This document shows positions 9,199 through 17,910 of a stretch of 49,395 nt of DNA, one piece after another; the first letter of the stretch is position 1; each line of letters starts with the position of its first letter. A program made the position numbers and the translations under genes. The DNA is taken from the NCBI GenBank assembly GCA_947594595.1, contig CANQEE010000001.1, positions 1-49,395 on the forward strand. Direction: 5' to 3'. The notes under the pieces are model-generated. The model was not told the DNA's origin and ran no database searches. It saw only the letters and a list, made by a program, of their open reading frames with translations. The DNA comes from an uncultured Bacilli bacterium (GTDB lineage: Bacteria > Bacillota_I > Bacilli_A > RF39 > UBA660).

Positions 9199-9878
9199 TT
9201 TATCTTTTAAATTTAAAAAGTCATTTTACGAAAGAAAGTTTTCTTGCTTATCAAGAAGAAATTAGGAAATTCCCTTCAAATCCTCATGTTGTTTTTGCAC
9301 CTCCTACTTGTTTTCTTCCTTATTTAGAAGGTTTTTCTCTTGCATCTCAAGATATTAGTGCATATCCAGAAGGATCCTATACAGGTGAAGTGAATGGAAA
9401 GATGCTTTCTTCCTTAGGTGTTCAATATGTCTTAATTGGACACAGTGAACGAAGAAACTATTTTCACGAGAGTGAACTTCTTCTAAAAAAGAAAGTGGAA
9501 GAAGCCATTGCTTCTGGAATTACTCCAGTTCTTTGTATAGGAGAAAGTCAAGAAATTCATCAAAGTGGAAAAACCTTAGAATTTTTAGAGGGAGAAGTAA
9601 GTTTTCTTTCTACCTTTCCACAAGATGTGTGGAAAAAAATAATTCTTGCTTACGAGCCAATTTGGGCAATTGGAACAGGAAAGGTGATTGAGAAAGAATC
9701 TCTTGAAAAAATCGTTTCCTTTCTAAAAGAAAGATATTCTGTTCCCGTTTTTTATGGAGGAAGTCTTACCTTTGATCTGTTACAAGAGTTTAAATCTCTT
9801 CAAAATTTAGATGGCTTTTTAATTGGCGGAATGAGTTTAAAAGTGGAAGAAGTAAAGAAACTTCTACAAGAATCGTAA
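9195..9878 (+). CDS. tpiA: triose-phosphate isomerase (short, 227 aa)
   Basis: Catalytic elements are present: LNLK (Asn-x-Lys), IGHSERR (His), YEPIWAIGTG (Glu) and YGGS. The ATG overlaps the GT4 stop. Confidence 0.9.
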   Translation: MIYLLNLKSHFTKESFLAYQEEIRKFPSNPHVVFAPPTCFLPYLEGFSLASQDISAYPEGSYTGEVNGKMLSSLGVQYVLIGHSERRNYFHESELLLKKKVEEAIASGITPVLCIGESQEIHQSGKTLEFLEGEVSFLSTFPQDVWKKIILAYEPIWAIGTGKVIEKESLEKIVSFLKERYSVPVFYGGSLTFDLLQEFKSLQNLDGFLIGGMSLKVEEVKKLLQES

Positions 9879-9882
9879 AAGC

Positions 9883-9923
9883 AAGACAGCGGTTGTCGTT
9901 ATTCGACAAAAGTTGTCTTTTTT
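9883..9923 (+). terminator. intrinsic terminator after tpiA
   Basis: Outer stem AAGACA (9883-9888) / TGTCTT (9914-9919), inner stem TTGTCG / CGACAA, then a T-run to 9923. Confidence 0.8.
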
Positions 9924-9989
9924 CTCTCTATCATTTTAGAAAGCATTGTTATATAATGTAGTTGCGTGTAGTAAAAGGAAGGAGAAAAC

Positions 9990-10766
9990 ATGGATAAAAT
10001 AAAAGTCTTAATGATTGATGATAATGTTGAACTCATCAATATGGTTAAGGAATATTTTAGTAGTCACGCAAATATTGAAATTTCCCTTACTGCCAATAAT
10101 GGAGTAGAAGGAATTGAAAAAATCTGTAAGAACGAAGATAGCTATGATGTCATTTTATTGGATCTTATTATGCCAAAAAAAGATGGAGTTAGTGTTCTTG
10201 AAGATATGAAAGAGAAAGGTCTTTCTAAGAAAGTAATTGTGCTTACTTCTTATAATGCTCAAGAAATGATTCAAAAAGTATCAGGACTTGGGATCAGTTA
10301 CTTTATTTTAAAACCTTTTGAACTTTCGGATTTAGAAAAAAGAATTTTAGAATGTAATAGGAATGGTTCAATAGAGGGAGGAAGTTTTGATTTATATCAT
10401 AGCAATCTTCAAATATCCATTACTAAAATTTTACATGAATTGGGAGTTCCTTCTCATATAAAAGGATATCAATATATTCGAGAAGGAATTGGTATTCTTT
10501 ATGAAAACCCTAATGTAGTAGGAGGAATTACGAAAGAACTATATCCTGATATTGCTCAAAAATTTGATACTACAGTCTCTCGTGTGGAAAGAGCTATTCG
10601 TCATGCCATTGAAGTATCCTGGAATAGAGGAAATTGGAAACTAATGGAAGAAATCTTTGGGCACAGTGTTGATATTGATAAAGCAAAACCAACGAATTCA
10701 GAGTTTATTGTAACCGTTGCAGATAAACTTCGATTGGAATATCATAAATTACCAGTGGAAGAATAG
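9990..10766 (+). CDS. spo0A: sporulation master response regulator Spo0A
   Basis: Receiver domain with [14 protein letters not shown] and ILKPF. The C-terminal Spo0A-specific DNA-binding domain reads [13 protein letters not shown]...[21 protein letters not shown]. Confidence 0.95.
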   Translation: MDKIKVLMIDDNVELINMVKEYFSSHANIEISLTANNGVEGIEKICKNEDSYDVILLDLIMPKKDGVSVLEDMKEKGLSKKVIVLTSYNAQEMIQKVSGLGISYFILKPFELSDLEKRILECNRNGSIEGGSFDLYHSNLQISITKILHELGVPSHIKGYQYIREGIGILYENPNVVGGITKELYPDIAQKFDTTVSRVERAIRHAIEVSWNRGNWKLMEEIFGHSVDIDKAKPTNSEFIVTVADKLRLEYHKLPVEE

Positions 10767-10790
10767 GACAAAAAGTCCTTTTCTTTTTTC
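10765..10790 (+). terminator. intrinsic terminator after spo0A
   Basis: AGGAC (10765-10769) / GTCCT (10775-10779) followed by TTTTCTTTTTT. The stem is short. Confidence 0.55.
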
Positions 10791-10799
10791 ATTTTATGA

Positions 10800-10828
10800 T
10801 TGACCTTAAAGAAAGAAAAAGGTATACT
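10800..10828 (+). promoter_or_regulatory. sigma-A-type promoter for the AAA ATPase-gpmA unit
   Basis: TTGACC (10800-10805), 17-nt spacer, TATACT (10823-10828). Confidence 0.6.
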
Positions 10829-10861
10829 TAATTTATAAAATATGTAAGGAGAGGACAATTT

Positions 10862-12133
10862 ATGGAACGAAAAATAACTTATTTTTTAAAAAAGTGGAAA
10901 ACAGATTTGATTCGCAAACCTCTTCTTCTATATGGATCAAGACAAATTGGAAAAACTTATGCAGCCCTTTGTTTTGGAAAGAATTATTATCGCAGTACAA
11001 TTTATATAGATACTTCTCATAACAAAGCTTTGCTAGATCTTTTTAAAAAAGAACGTTCTATTGATAAGTTGGTGCTTGCTTTTTCAGAAATGACAGGAGT
11101 AGAATTCTATCAGGATGAGACTTTACTAATTTTTGATAATGTAGAAGAGATGGATATTATAAAAGGAATTAAATTATTTGGATTTGATAGAAATCCTTAT
11201 CATGTGCTTGCAATTACATCTCGCCTTGAGATGTTAACACGATTTAAAGGAGAAGAATTTCAATATAAGATGATGAGTGAAATGGATTTTGAAGAATATT
11301 TGGTTGCGATGGATGAGATGGAGATTGCAAAGCAAATCAGAGAAGCTTATATTAAAAAAAAGAGCAATGCACAACATGCAAAAACTATGGACCTTTTTAT
11401 GGATTATTTGTTAACAGGAGGATATCCGGAAGCAGTCGCAGCTAAGATGGAAGAGGCAAGTTATGGAGAAATCAATGCCATTCAACAAAAAATTTTTGAG
11501 GTTTATAAAGGGGAACTTACCAGAGAAAAAAATTTAATCGATGTTCCAAGAGGATTAGAAGTAATCTATAGTATTCCAGAACAGCTTCGTAAAGAAAATA
11601 AAAAATTTCAATATGGATTGATTGGATTTGGTCATAGAGCAAAAGAGTATGAAAGTATTATTCAAAGTCTTGTTAAACGACAACTAATTTATCGGAGTTA
11701 TAAAATTCGACAAGTGAAATCACCATTGAGTAGTTGTAAAGAAGTAGACCATTTTAAACTATATTTTCCAGATGATGGAACTCTTTCTCAACTTCTTCAT
11801 CTCTCTAAAAAAAGCTTTTTAGAAGAGGAATCTTTAAAAGAAACGCTTTATGAAAATCATATTGCGAAAACTCTTGTAGAAGCAGGATATTCTCTTTATT
11901 ATTACCAATCTAATGGAAAAGCAGAAGTCAATTTTGTAATACAAAATAGGCAAGGGCAAGTCATTCCAATTGAAATTGCAACAAGAAGCAATTCGAAAGC
12001 AAAGTCTTTATCTGTTTTTATGAAAAAATATATTACACAAGAAGCCATTCGTGTGACAGAAAATAATTTTGCAGTCAAAAAAGGAGTTCGTTATCTTCCT
12101 CCGTATGCATTTTTTTGTATGAAAGATTTATAG
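10862..12133 (+). CDS. AAA-family ATPase (AAA_14 + DUF4143-like architecture)
   Basis: 423 aa with Walker A LYGSRQIGKT near the N-terminus and Walker B-like LLIFDNVEE. Size and layout match the widespread ATP-binding DUF4143 family (recalled). Confidence 0.7.
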   Translation: MERKITYFLKKWKTDLIRKPLLLYGSRQIGKTYAALCFGKNYYRSTIYIDTSHNKALLDLFKKERSIDKLVLAFSEMTGVEFYQDETLLIFDNVEEMDIIKGIKLFGFDRNPYHVLAITSRLEMLTRFKGEEFQYKMMSEMDFEEYLVAMDEMEIAKQIREAYIKKKSNAQHAKTMDLFMDYLLTGGYPEAVAAKMEEASYGEINAIQQKIFEVYKGELTREKNLIDVPRGLEVIYSIPEQLRKENKKFQYGLIGFGHRAKEYESIIQSLVKRQLIYRSYKIRQVKSPLSSCKEVDHFKLYFPDDGTLSQLLHLSKKSFLEEESLKETLYENHIAKTLVEAGYSLYYYQSNGKAEVNFVIQNRQGQVIPIEIATRSNSKAKSLSVFMKKYITQEAIRVTENNFAVKKGVRYLPPYAFFCMKDL

Positions 12134-12146
12134 AAAGGAGTTTTAT

Positions 12147-12836
12147 ATGTATCTTGTATTAGTAAGACATGGAGAAAGTACTTGGAATTTAGAAAATCGA
12201 TTTACTGGATGGATGGATGTTCCTCTTACAAAAAAGGGAGAGGAAGATGCAGAAAATGCAGGGAAACTCTTAAAAGAAAAAGGAATTTTGTTTGATGTTG
12301 TCTATACTTCAGTTTTACAAAGGGCAATTTGTACTTGGAATATTATTCAAAAAGAATTAAATACAAAGGCTCAAGTGATTCAAAATTGGCATTTAAATGA
12401 AAGACATTATGGAGCATTACAAGGACTCAATAAAGATGAGATGCGGAAAAAGTATGGAGAAGAACAAGTCTTTCTTTGGAGAAGGAGTTTTGCAGTAAGA
12501 CCTCCTGCTTTGTCCATTCAAGATGAACGCTCTCCTTTAAAAGATCCTAAATATAAAGATTTAACAGAAGATGAAATTCCAGTAGGGGAAAGTTTAAAAG
12601 ATACAATGGGACGAACTCTTTCTTATTATTTGGAAGAAATTAAACCTCAATTAGAAAAAGGAAAAAATGTTTTAATTGTTGCACATGGAAATTCCCTTCG
12701 TTCCATTTTAAAATTTATGGAAAATATAGAAGATGATGATATTGCGAATGTTGAAATTCCATTAGGAATTCCTTATGTATACGAATTGAATGAAAAGTTA
12801 GAGATTCAAAAGAAATATTATCTTTCTAAAGAATAG
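12147..12836 (+). CDS. gpmA: 2,3-bisphosphoglycerate-dependent phosphoglycerate mutase
   Basis: LVRHGESTWNLENRFTGW histidine-phosphatase motif and AHGNSLR second catalytic His block; 229 aa. Lies only 13 nt downstream of the ATPase gene. Confidence 0.95.
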   Translation: MYLVLVRHGESTWNLENRFTGWMDVPLTKKGEEDAENAGKLLKEKGILFDVVYTSVLQRAICTWNIIQKELNTKAQVIQNWHLNERHYGALQGLNKDEMRKKYGEEQVFLWRRSFAVRPPALSIQDERSPLKDPKYKDLTEDEIPVGESLKDTMGRTLSYYLEEIKPQLEKGKNVLIVAHGNSLRSILKFMENIEDDDIANVEIPLGIPYVYELNEKLEIQKKYYLSKE

Positions 12837-12855
12837 GCACAAAAAGTGCTTTTTT
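12835..12855 (+). terminator. intrinsic terminator after gpmA
   Basis: AGGCAC / GTGCTT 6-bp stem (one G-U pair) with an A5 loop, then a T-run. Confidence 0.5.
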
Positions 12856-12865
12856 GATTTAAAAG

Positions 12866-12894
12866 TTGACGAACTATTGTTTGTGTATTATACT
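12866..12894 (+). promoter_or_regulatory. sigma-A-type promoter of the Y-family polymerase gene
   Basis: TTGACG (12866-12871), 17-nt spacer, TATACT (12889-12894). The TTG that the ORF track uses as a start codon is this -35 box. Confidence 0.65.
12870..12883 (+). promoter_or_regulatory. LexA (Cheo/SOS) box candidate
   Basis: CGAACTATTGTTTG matches the Gram-positive consensus CGAAC-N4-GTTCG at all but one position (GAAC-N4-GTTT). It overlaps the -35 box and spacer of the promoter. Confidence 0.6.
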
Positions 12895-12913
12895 AATAAA
12901 AAGGAGGAAGGAC

Positions 12914-14131
12914 ATGAAAAAAATCATCTTTCATATCGATGTAAACAATGCCTTCCTTTCTTGGAGTGCTGTTTATTTATTGCAGCATGGATATCAACAA
13001 GATATTCGAACCATTCCTTCTGTCATTGGGGGAGATGAAACAAAGAGAAAGGGTGTTGTTTTAGCAAAGAGTCCAGTCGCAAAGCAATACGGAATTATAA
13101 CTGCAGAAACGCTTTATATGGCAAGAAAAAAATGCCCACAATTACAAGTTTTTTCTGCCAATTATCAGTGGTACCGAAAGTGTTCAGAAAATCTAATGCA
13201 ATATCTAAGTCAATATACTCCTTGCTTGGAACAATTTTCGATTGATGAGTGTTTTCTTGATTTTACAGGAACTTCTTTTTTATATAAAGATTATAGAAAA
13301 GTAGCTGAAAAAATCAGAAAAGAAGTAAAAGAGAAATTTGGATTTACTGTTAATATTGGAATTGCTTCTAATAAACTTTGTGCTAAAATGGCATCAGACT
13401 TTGAAAAGCCAGATAAGATTCATACACTTTTTCAAGAAGAGATTCCGACGAAAATGTGGCCTCTTCCAGTAGGAGATTTATTTATGGTTGGAAAAAGAAG
13501 TGAATTCAAATTAAATCAGTTGGGAATTTATACCATTGGGGATTTAGCAAATGCTCCACTTTCTTTGTTGAAAAGACATTTTAAAAATCAAGCTTTCTTT
13601 CTACAAGAAGCAGCTAGAGGAATTGATTCTAGTAAAGTAATTGCAAAAAGTGAGCAAAATAAGTGTATTAGTGTGTCAGAAACTCTACAATATGATTATA
13701 AAGATGAAGCAAAACTTAAGAAAATTTTATTGTATCAGGCAGAAGAAGTGGGACGTGCTTTAAGAGAACAAAGAATGTATGCTAAAAGTATCGCAGTGAC
13801 TTATAAAAATGCCATGTTTAAAAGTTATTCTCATCAAATGACTTTATTAAATGCAACCAATTTAACGGATGAAATTTATAAAAATGCCTGTCTTTTATTT
13901 GATCAAAGTTGGAGAGAAGATCCTATTCGAAATATTGGAATTCGATTAAGTGATTTTACGATGAATACTCAAGAACAACTCTCTTTTTTTCATGAAAAGG
14001 AAGATAAATTAGAAAATAAAGTACAAGAAGTAATCGATAAAATTACAAAAAAATATGGAACAGGAAGTTTAATTCCTGCAAGCTACAAGGAAGATTCAAG
14101 ACAAAGTCATGAGAAACTAAAAAAAAGATAA
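12914..14131 (+). CDS. dinB: Y-family DNA polymerase (DinB/Pol IV-like)
   Basis: Start at ATG 12914 behind AAGGAGGA. HIDVNNAF, SIDECFLD and NIGIASNKLCAKMASD blocks are typical of the ImpB/MucB/SamB family. Confidence 0.88.
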   Translation: MKKIIFHIDVNNAFLSWSAVYLLQHGYQQDIRTIPSVIGGDETKRKGVVLAKSPVAKQYGIITAETLYMARKKCPQLQVFSANYQWYRKCSENLMQYLSQYTPCLEQFSIDECFLDFTGTSFLYKDYRKVAEKIRKEVKEKFGFTVNIGIASNKLCAKMASDFEKPDKIHTLFQEEIPTKMWPLPVGDLFMVGKRSEFKLNQLGIYTIGDLANAPLSLLKRHFKNQAFFLQEAARGIDSSKVIAKSEQNKCISVSETLQYDYKDEAKLKKILLYQAEEVGRALREQRMYAKSIAVTYKNAMFKSYSHQMTLLNATNLTDEIYKNACLLFDQSWREDPIRNIGIRLSDFTMNTQEQLSFFHEKEDKLENKVQEVIDKITKKYGTGSLIPASYKEDSRQSHEKLKKR

Positions 14132-14198
14132 ATTTTTAAAAATTTTTTGTACAAGGCTTTTAATTTGTAATTTTTCTTGAAAAATCATCAAAAAAAGC

Positions 14199-14227
14199 TT
14201 GTTTTTTCAAAATTCATATGGTATTAT
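14199..14227 (+). promoter_or_regulatory. extended -10 sigma-A promoter of the S10 operon
   Basis: TTGTTT (14199-14204), 17-nt spacer, TGgTATTAT (14219-14227), preceded by an A/T-rich UP-like tract. Confidence 0.6.
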
Positions 14228-14232
14228 TTAAT

Positions 14233-14340
14233 ACGTGTGACTGCTTAGATGTGGGAGGTTGTCGATACACCAGGTTAAGTTGTTAATTGGTTATCGGGTT
14301 ATTCACACGGAGCAAGTCTATACTCGATATAGGCGAAGGG
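14233..14340 (+). promoter_or_regulatory. structured 5' leader of the S10 operon (candidate autoregulatory leader)
   Basis: A leader of about 120 nt lies between the promoter and rpsJ. ACGTGTGA (14233-14240) can pair with TCACACG (14303-14309), enclosing a G+C-richer segment than the flanks. No family assigned. Confidence 0.35.
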
Positions 14341-14350
14341 AGGATTAAGA

Positions 14351-14662
14351 ATGTCAACAGAAAGAATTCGCATCAAATTAAAAGCATATGATCATAGAGT
14401 TCTTGATAATGCTGTTACAAAGATTGTAGAAACAATCAAACGAGGTGGAGGACAAATTAAAGGACCTGTACCATTACCAACTGAAATTGAAAAATTTACA
14501 ATCTTACGTGCAGTACATAAATATAAGGATTCACGTGAACAATTCGAAATGCGTACACACAAAAGACTAATTGATGTTAAAAATCCAAGCAAGGAAGTCG
14601 TTGATGCTTTGGCACGACTTGACTTACCAAGTGGAGTAGACATCCAAATCAAAACAAACTAA
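14351..14662 (+). CDS. rpsJ: 30S ribosomal protein S10
   Basis: [14 protein letters not shown] signature, SD GGGAGGA, first gene of the conserved cluster. Confidence 0.98.
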   Translation: MSTERIRIKLKAYDHRVLDNAVTKIVETIKRGGGQIKGPVPLPTEIEKFTILRAVHKYKDSREQFEMRTHKRLIDVKNPSKEVVDALARLDLPSGVDIQIKTN

Positions 14663-14677
14663 TAGGAGGAAAATAAA

Positions 14678-15463
14678 ATGAAAGGAATCTTAGGTACAAA
14701 AAAAGGAATGACCCAAGTTTTTACAAAAAATGGAAAGTTAATTCCAGTTACTGTTATTGAAGTGGAACCTAATGTGGTAACACAAATTAAAACAGTGGAA
14801 AAAGAAGGCTATGATGCAATTCAACTAGGATATAAAACTACTTCTTCTAAAAGAAGCAGTAAGCCTAAAATGGGTCATACAAAAAAAGCAGGATGCGAAC
14901 CTAAGCGCTTCTTAAGAGAAATTCGTGGAGTCAATGTGGCTGATTATACTCTTGGACAGACGCTAGATGCATCCATATTCACAGAAGGTGAAATAGTTGA
15001 TGTAAGTGGAATCAGTAAAGGAAAAGGATTCCAAGGAGTAATTAAGCGTCATAATCAAAGCCGTGGACCAATGGGACATGGTTCTCAATATCATCGTGGA
15101 GTTGGATCTCTTGGAACAATGAGACCTATGCATGTATTAAAAGGAAAAAAATTACCAGGACAGATGGGACATGTGCTAAGAACTGTTCAAAACTTAGTTA
15201 TTGTAGAAGTTGATATGGAAAATAACTGTCTTCTTGTAAAAGGGAATGTTCCAGGACCAAAGAATAGTTTAGTTTTAATCAAAACTGCTGTAAAAAATCC
15301 AGACAAAGTAAAAGAAATGGAAGAATTAGTTACTTATGTGGAAGAAATACCAGTAGAAGATTCTAAGGAAGAGCAAGCTTCAACAGAAGAAGTTCAGACT
15401 GAAGTAGAAGAATCTAAAGAAGAAACAGACGAATCATCACAAGAAGAAAAAGTAGAGGAATAA
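14678..15463 (+). CDS. rplC: 50S ribosomal protein L3 with ~55-aa acidic C-terminal extension
   Basis: [15 protein letters not shown] start, with the conserved body ending near VLIKTAVK (aa ~206). An additional E/S/T-rich tail runs to aa 261. Confidence 0.97.
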   Translation: MKGILGTKKGMTQVFTKNGKLIPVTVIEVEPNVVTQIKTVEKEGYDAIQLGYKTTSSKRSSKPKMGHTKKAGCEPKRFLREIRGVNVADYTLGQTLDASIFTEGEIVDVSGISKGKGFQGVIKRHNQSRGPMGHGSQYHRGVGSLGTMRPMHVLKGKKLPGQMGHVLRTVQNLVIVEVDMENNCLLVKGNVPGPKNSLVLIKTAVKNPDKVKEMEELVTYVEEIPVEDSKEEQASTEEVQTEVEESKEETDESSQEEKVEE

Positions 15464-15510
15464 GATGAAACAAAGCAACCAAAAACATTGTGATGAAAGG
15501 AGGAGTTAGG

Positions 15511-16137
15511 ATGAAAAAAGCAAAACTTTTAAACCTAAAAGGTGAAGAGATTAAAGATTTAAAACTAAATGAAGAAGTGTTTGGAATTACTCCAAATGAA
15601 AAAGTAATGTATGATGCAATTGTTTTAGCACAAGCATCATTAAGACAAGGAACACACTCTACTAAAAATCGTTCTGAAGTGTCAGGTGGAGGAAGAAAAC
15701 CTTGGAGACAGAAAGGAACAGGACATGCTCGTCAAGGTTCAATTCGTGCCGTACAATGGGTTGGTGGAGGACGTTATGGAACTCCAGTACCACGTGATTA
15801 TAGCAAGAAGATGAATCGTAAAGAAAGACGCCTTGCATTAAAAAGTGCATTGTCAGAGAAATTTGCCACCGATGCAGTTCTTGTCATGGAAGAGTTGATG
15901 TTTCAAACTCCCAAGACAAAAGAGATGGTACAATTATTAAACACATTCAATCTAGCAGATAAAAAAGTATTGTTTGTTGTAGATTCATTTGAAGAAAATG
16001 TAATTTTAGCAAGTAGGAACTTACAAAATGTAGCATTGATCGCTCATGATGAAATCAATGTACTTGATTTAGTTAATGCTGATGTAGTGATCTTTACAGA
16101 AGGAGCTCTTACAAAAATAGAGGAGGTGCTTAAGTAA
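15511..16137 (+). CDS. rplD: 50S ribosomal protein L4
   Basis: GGGRKPWRQKGTGHARQGS motif. Start set at ATG 15511 because the AGGAGG SD lies inside the ORF-track extension from 15490. Confidence 0.96.
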   Translation: MKKAKLLNLKGEEIKDLKLNEEVFGITPNEKVMYDAIVLAQASLRQGTHSTKNRSEVSGGGRKPWRQKGTGHARQGSIRAVQWVGGGRYGTPVPRDYSKKMNRKERRLALKSALSEKFATDAVLVMEELMFQTPKTKEMVQLLNTFNLADKKVLFVVDSFEENVILASRNLQNVALIAHDEINVLDLVNADVVIFTEGALTKIEEVLK

Positions 16138-16418
16138 TGGATGTTAAGTACTTAGAAATTATCAAAGCACCTGTGATTACAGAAAAATCACAAGATAGAG
16201 CTACGATGGGACAATATGTATTCAAAGTAGACTCTCGTGCCAATAAAACAGAAATTAAAAATGCAATTGAGCGAATCTTTCAAGTTCAAGTAAAAGAGAT
16301 TCGCACACTCAATGTAAAACCTAAAAAAAGAAGAGTAGGACGTTACACAGGACTTACTAATAAATGGAAGAAAGCAATTGTAACCCTACAAGAAGGGCAA
16401 ACCATAGATCTTGGTTAG
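16137..16418 (+). CDS. rplW: 50S ribosomal protein L23
   Basis: APVITEKS...FKVDSRANKTEIKNAIE pattern; the ATG overlaps the rplD TAA. Confidence 0.97.
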   Translation: MDVKYLEIIKAPVITEKSQDRATMGQYVFKVDSRANKTEIKNAIERIFQVQVKEIRTLNVKPKKRRVGRYTGLTNKWKKAIVTLQEGQTIDLG

Positions 16419-16433
16419 AAGGAGGAATAATTT

Positions 16434-17264
16434 ATGGCAATTAGAAACTATAAACCTACTACACCAGGACGCAGAAAAATGAGTACGTTGATCAATGATG
16501 AAATTACTAAGACAACACCTGAAAAAAGTCTTGTAAAAACAGTAAAAAAGAATGCTGGACGAAACAATCAAGGGAAAATTACAGTAAGACATCAAGGTGG
16601 AGGAGTCAAAAGAAAATATCGTATCATTGATTTTAAACGTAATAAATTAGATATTCCTGGAAAAGTAGCAAGTATTGAATATGATCCAAATAGAACTGCC
16701 AATATTGCACTCATTCATTATCTGGATGGAGAAAAAAGATATATTCTTGCTCCAAAAGGATTAGAAGTAGGAATGGAAGTAATGGCAGGAGAAAATGCAG
16801 ATATCAAAGTGGGAAATGCTCTACCTCTTATGAGTATCCCAGTTGGTACAGTAATTCATAATATTGAACTTCGCCCTGGAAAAGGAGGAAGTTTAGCACG
16901 AAGTGCTGGTACTTCTGCCCAAATTCTAGGTAGAGAAGGAGCCTATGTCATGGTAAGACTTTCTAGTGGAGAGCAAAGAAAAGTTCTTGGAACTTGCATG
17001 GCTACTATTGGAGAAGTAGGAAATGAGGACGCAAGTCTTGTAAAACTTGGAAAAGCAGGACGTAAACGTCATATGGGAATCCGACCTACAGTTCGTGGTT
17101 CTGTTATGAATCCAAATGATCACCCACATGGTGGTGGTGAAGGACGTGCTCCTGTTGGACGAAAAGCTCCACTTACACCTTGGGGTAAAAAAGCACTTGG
17201 TCTTAAAACACGTAAAAATAAAAGGACGGATAAATTTATTGTTCGCCGTCGTGGAAGTAAATAG
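16434..17264 (+). CDS. rplB: 50S ribosomal protein L2
   Basis: [18 protein letters not shown] and [14 protein letters not shown] motifs. Confidence 0.98.
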   Translation: MAIRNYKPTTPGRRKMSTLINDEITKTTPEKSLVKTVKKNAGRNNQGKITVRHQGGGVKRKYRIIDFKRNKLDIPGKVASIEYDPNRTANIALIHYLDGEKRYILAPKGLEVGMEVMAGENADIKVGNALPLMSIPVGTVIHNIELRPGKGGSLARSAGTSAQILGREGAYVMVRLSSGEQRKVLGTCMATIGEVGNEDASLVKLGKAGRKRHMGIRPTVRGSVMNPNDHPHGGGEGRAPVGRKAPLTPWGKKALGLKTRKNKRTDKFIVRRRGSK

Positions 17265-17273
17265 GAGGAAATT

Positions 17274-17546
17274 ATGGCAAGAAGTTTAAAGAAAGGACCT
17301 TATGTATTTGATCGATTACTAAAAAAGGTTCAAGAACTTAATAAAAATGGAAAAAAAGAAGTGATCAAAACATGGTCACGCCGTTCTACCATCTATCCTG
17401 ATTTTATAGGACATACTTTTGCTGTTCACAATGGACATGAATTTATCCCAGTTTATGTAACAGAAGATATGGTTGGACACAAATTAGGAGAATTTTCACA
17501 AACTCGTAAATTTGGTGGACACGGACAAGATAAGAAGAAAAAGTAA
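17274..17546 (+). CDS. rpsS: 30S ribosomal protein S19
   Basis: [11 protein letters not shown]...GHTFAVHNG signature. Confidence 0.98.
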   Translation: MARSLKKGPYVFDRLLKKVQELNKNGKKEVIKTWSRRSTIYPDFIGHTFAVHNGHEFIPVYVTEDMVGHKLGEFSQTRKFGGHGQDKKKK

Positions 17547-17561
17547 GAGGGAGGACAAATA

Positions 17562-17894
17562 ATGGAAGCAAAAGCAATCGCAAAATCACTTCGAGTTTCT
17601 CCCATTAAAACACGTTTAGTCGTTGATTTAATTCGCGGAAAAAAAGTAAGTGATGCACTGAATATTTTAAATAATATGAACAAAAAGTCAGCAAGACTTA
17701 CCAAAAAAGTACTTGATTCAGCAATCGCTAACGCAGTCAATAATAACGGTGCTGATATCAATACTTTATATGTTAAAGAAGCAAGAGTGGACGCAGGTCC
17801 TGTGATGAAACGAGTTTTATTTGATTCACGTGGGCGAATCGGACACAAAGACAAAAGAACAAGTCACATTGTAATTGTTGTGGCAAGTAAGTAA
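17562..17894 (+). CDS. rplV: 50S ribosomal protein L22
   Basis: LRVSPIKTRLVVDLIRGK signature and conserved position. Confidence 0.97.
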   Translation: MEAKAIAKSLRVSPIKTRLVVDLIRGKKVSDALNILNNMNKKSARLTKKVLDSAIANAVNNNGADINTLYVKEARVDAGPVMKRVLFDSRGRIGHKDKRTSHIVIVVASK

Positions 17895-17910
17895 CTGAAG
17901 GAGGAGACTT

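Noticed and set aside
12866-12913. ORF-track N-terminal extension of the polymerase gene starting at TTG 12866.
   Set aside because: The TTG is the -35 hexamer (TTGACG) of a complete promoter. AAGGAGGA precedes the ATG at 12914, and the conserved protein starts there.
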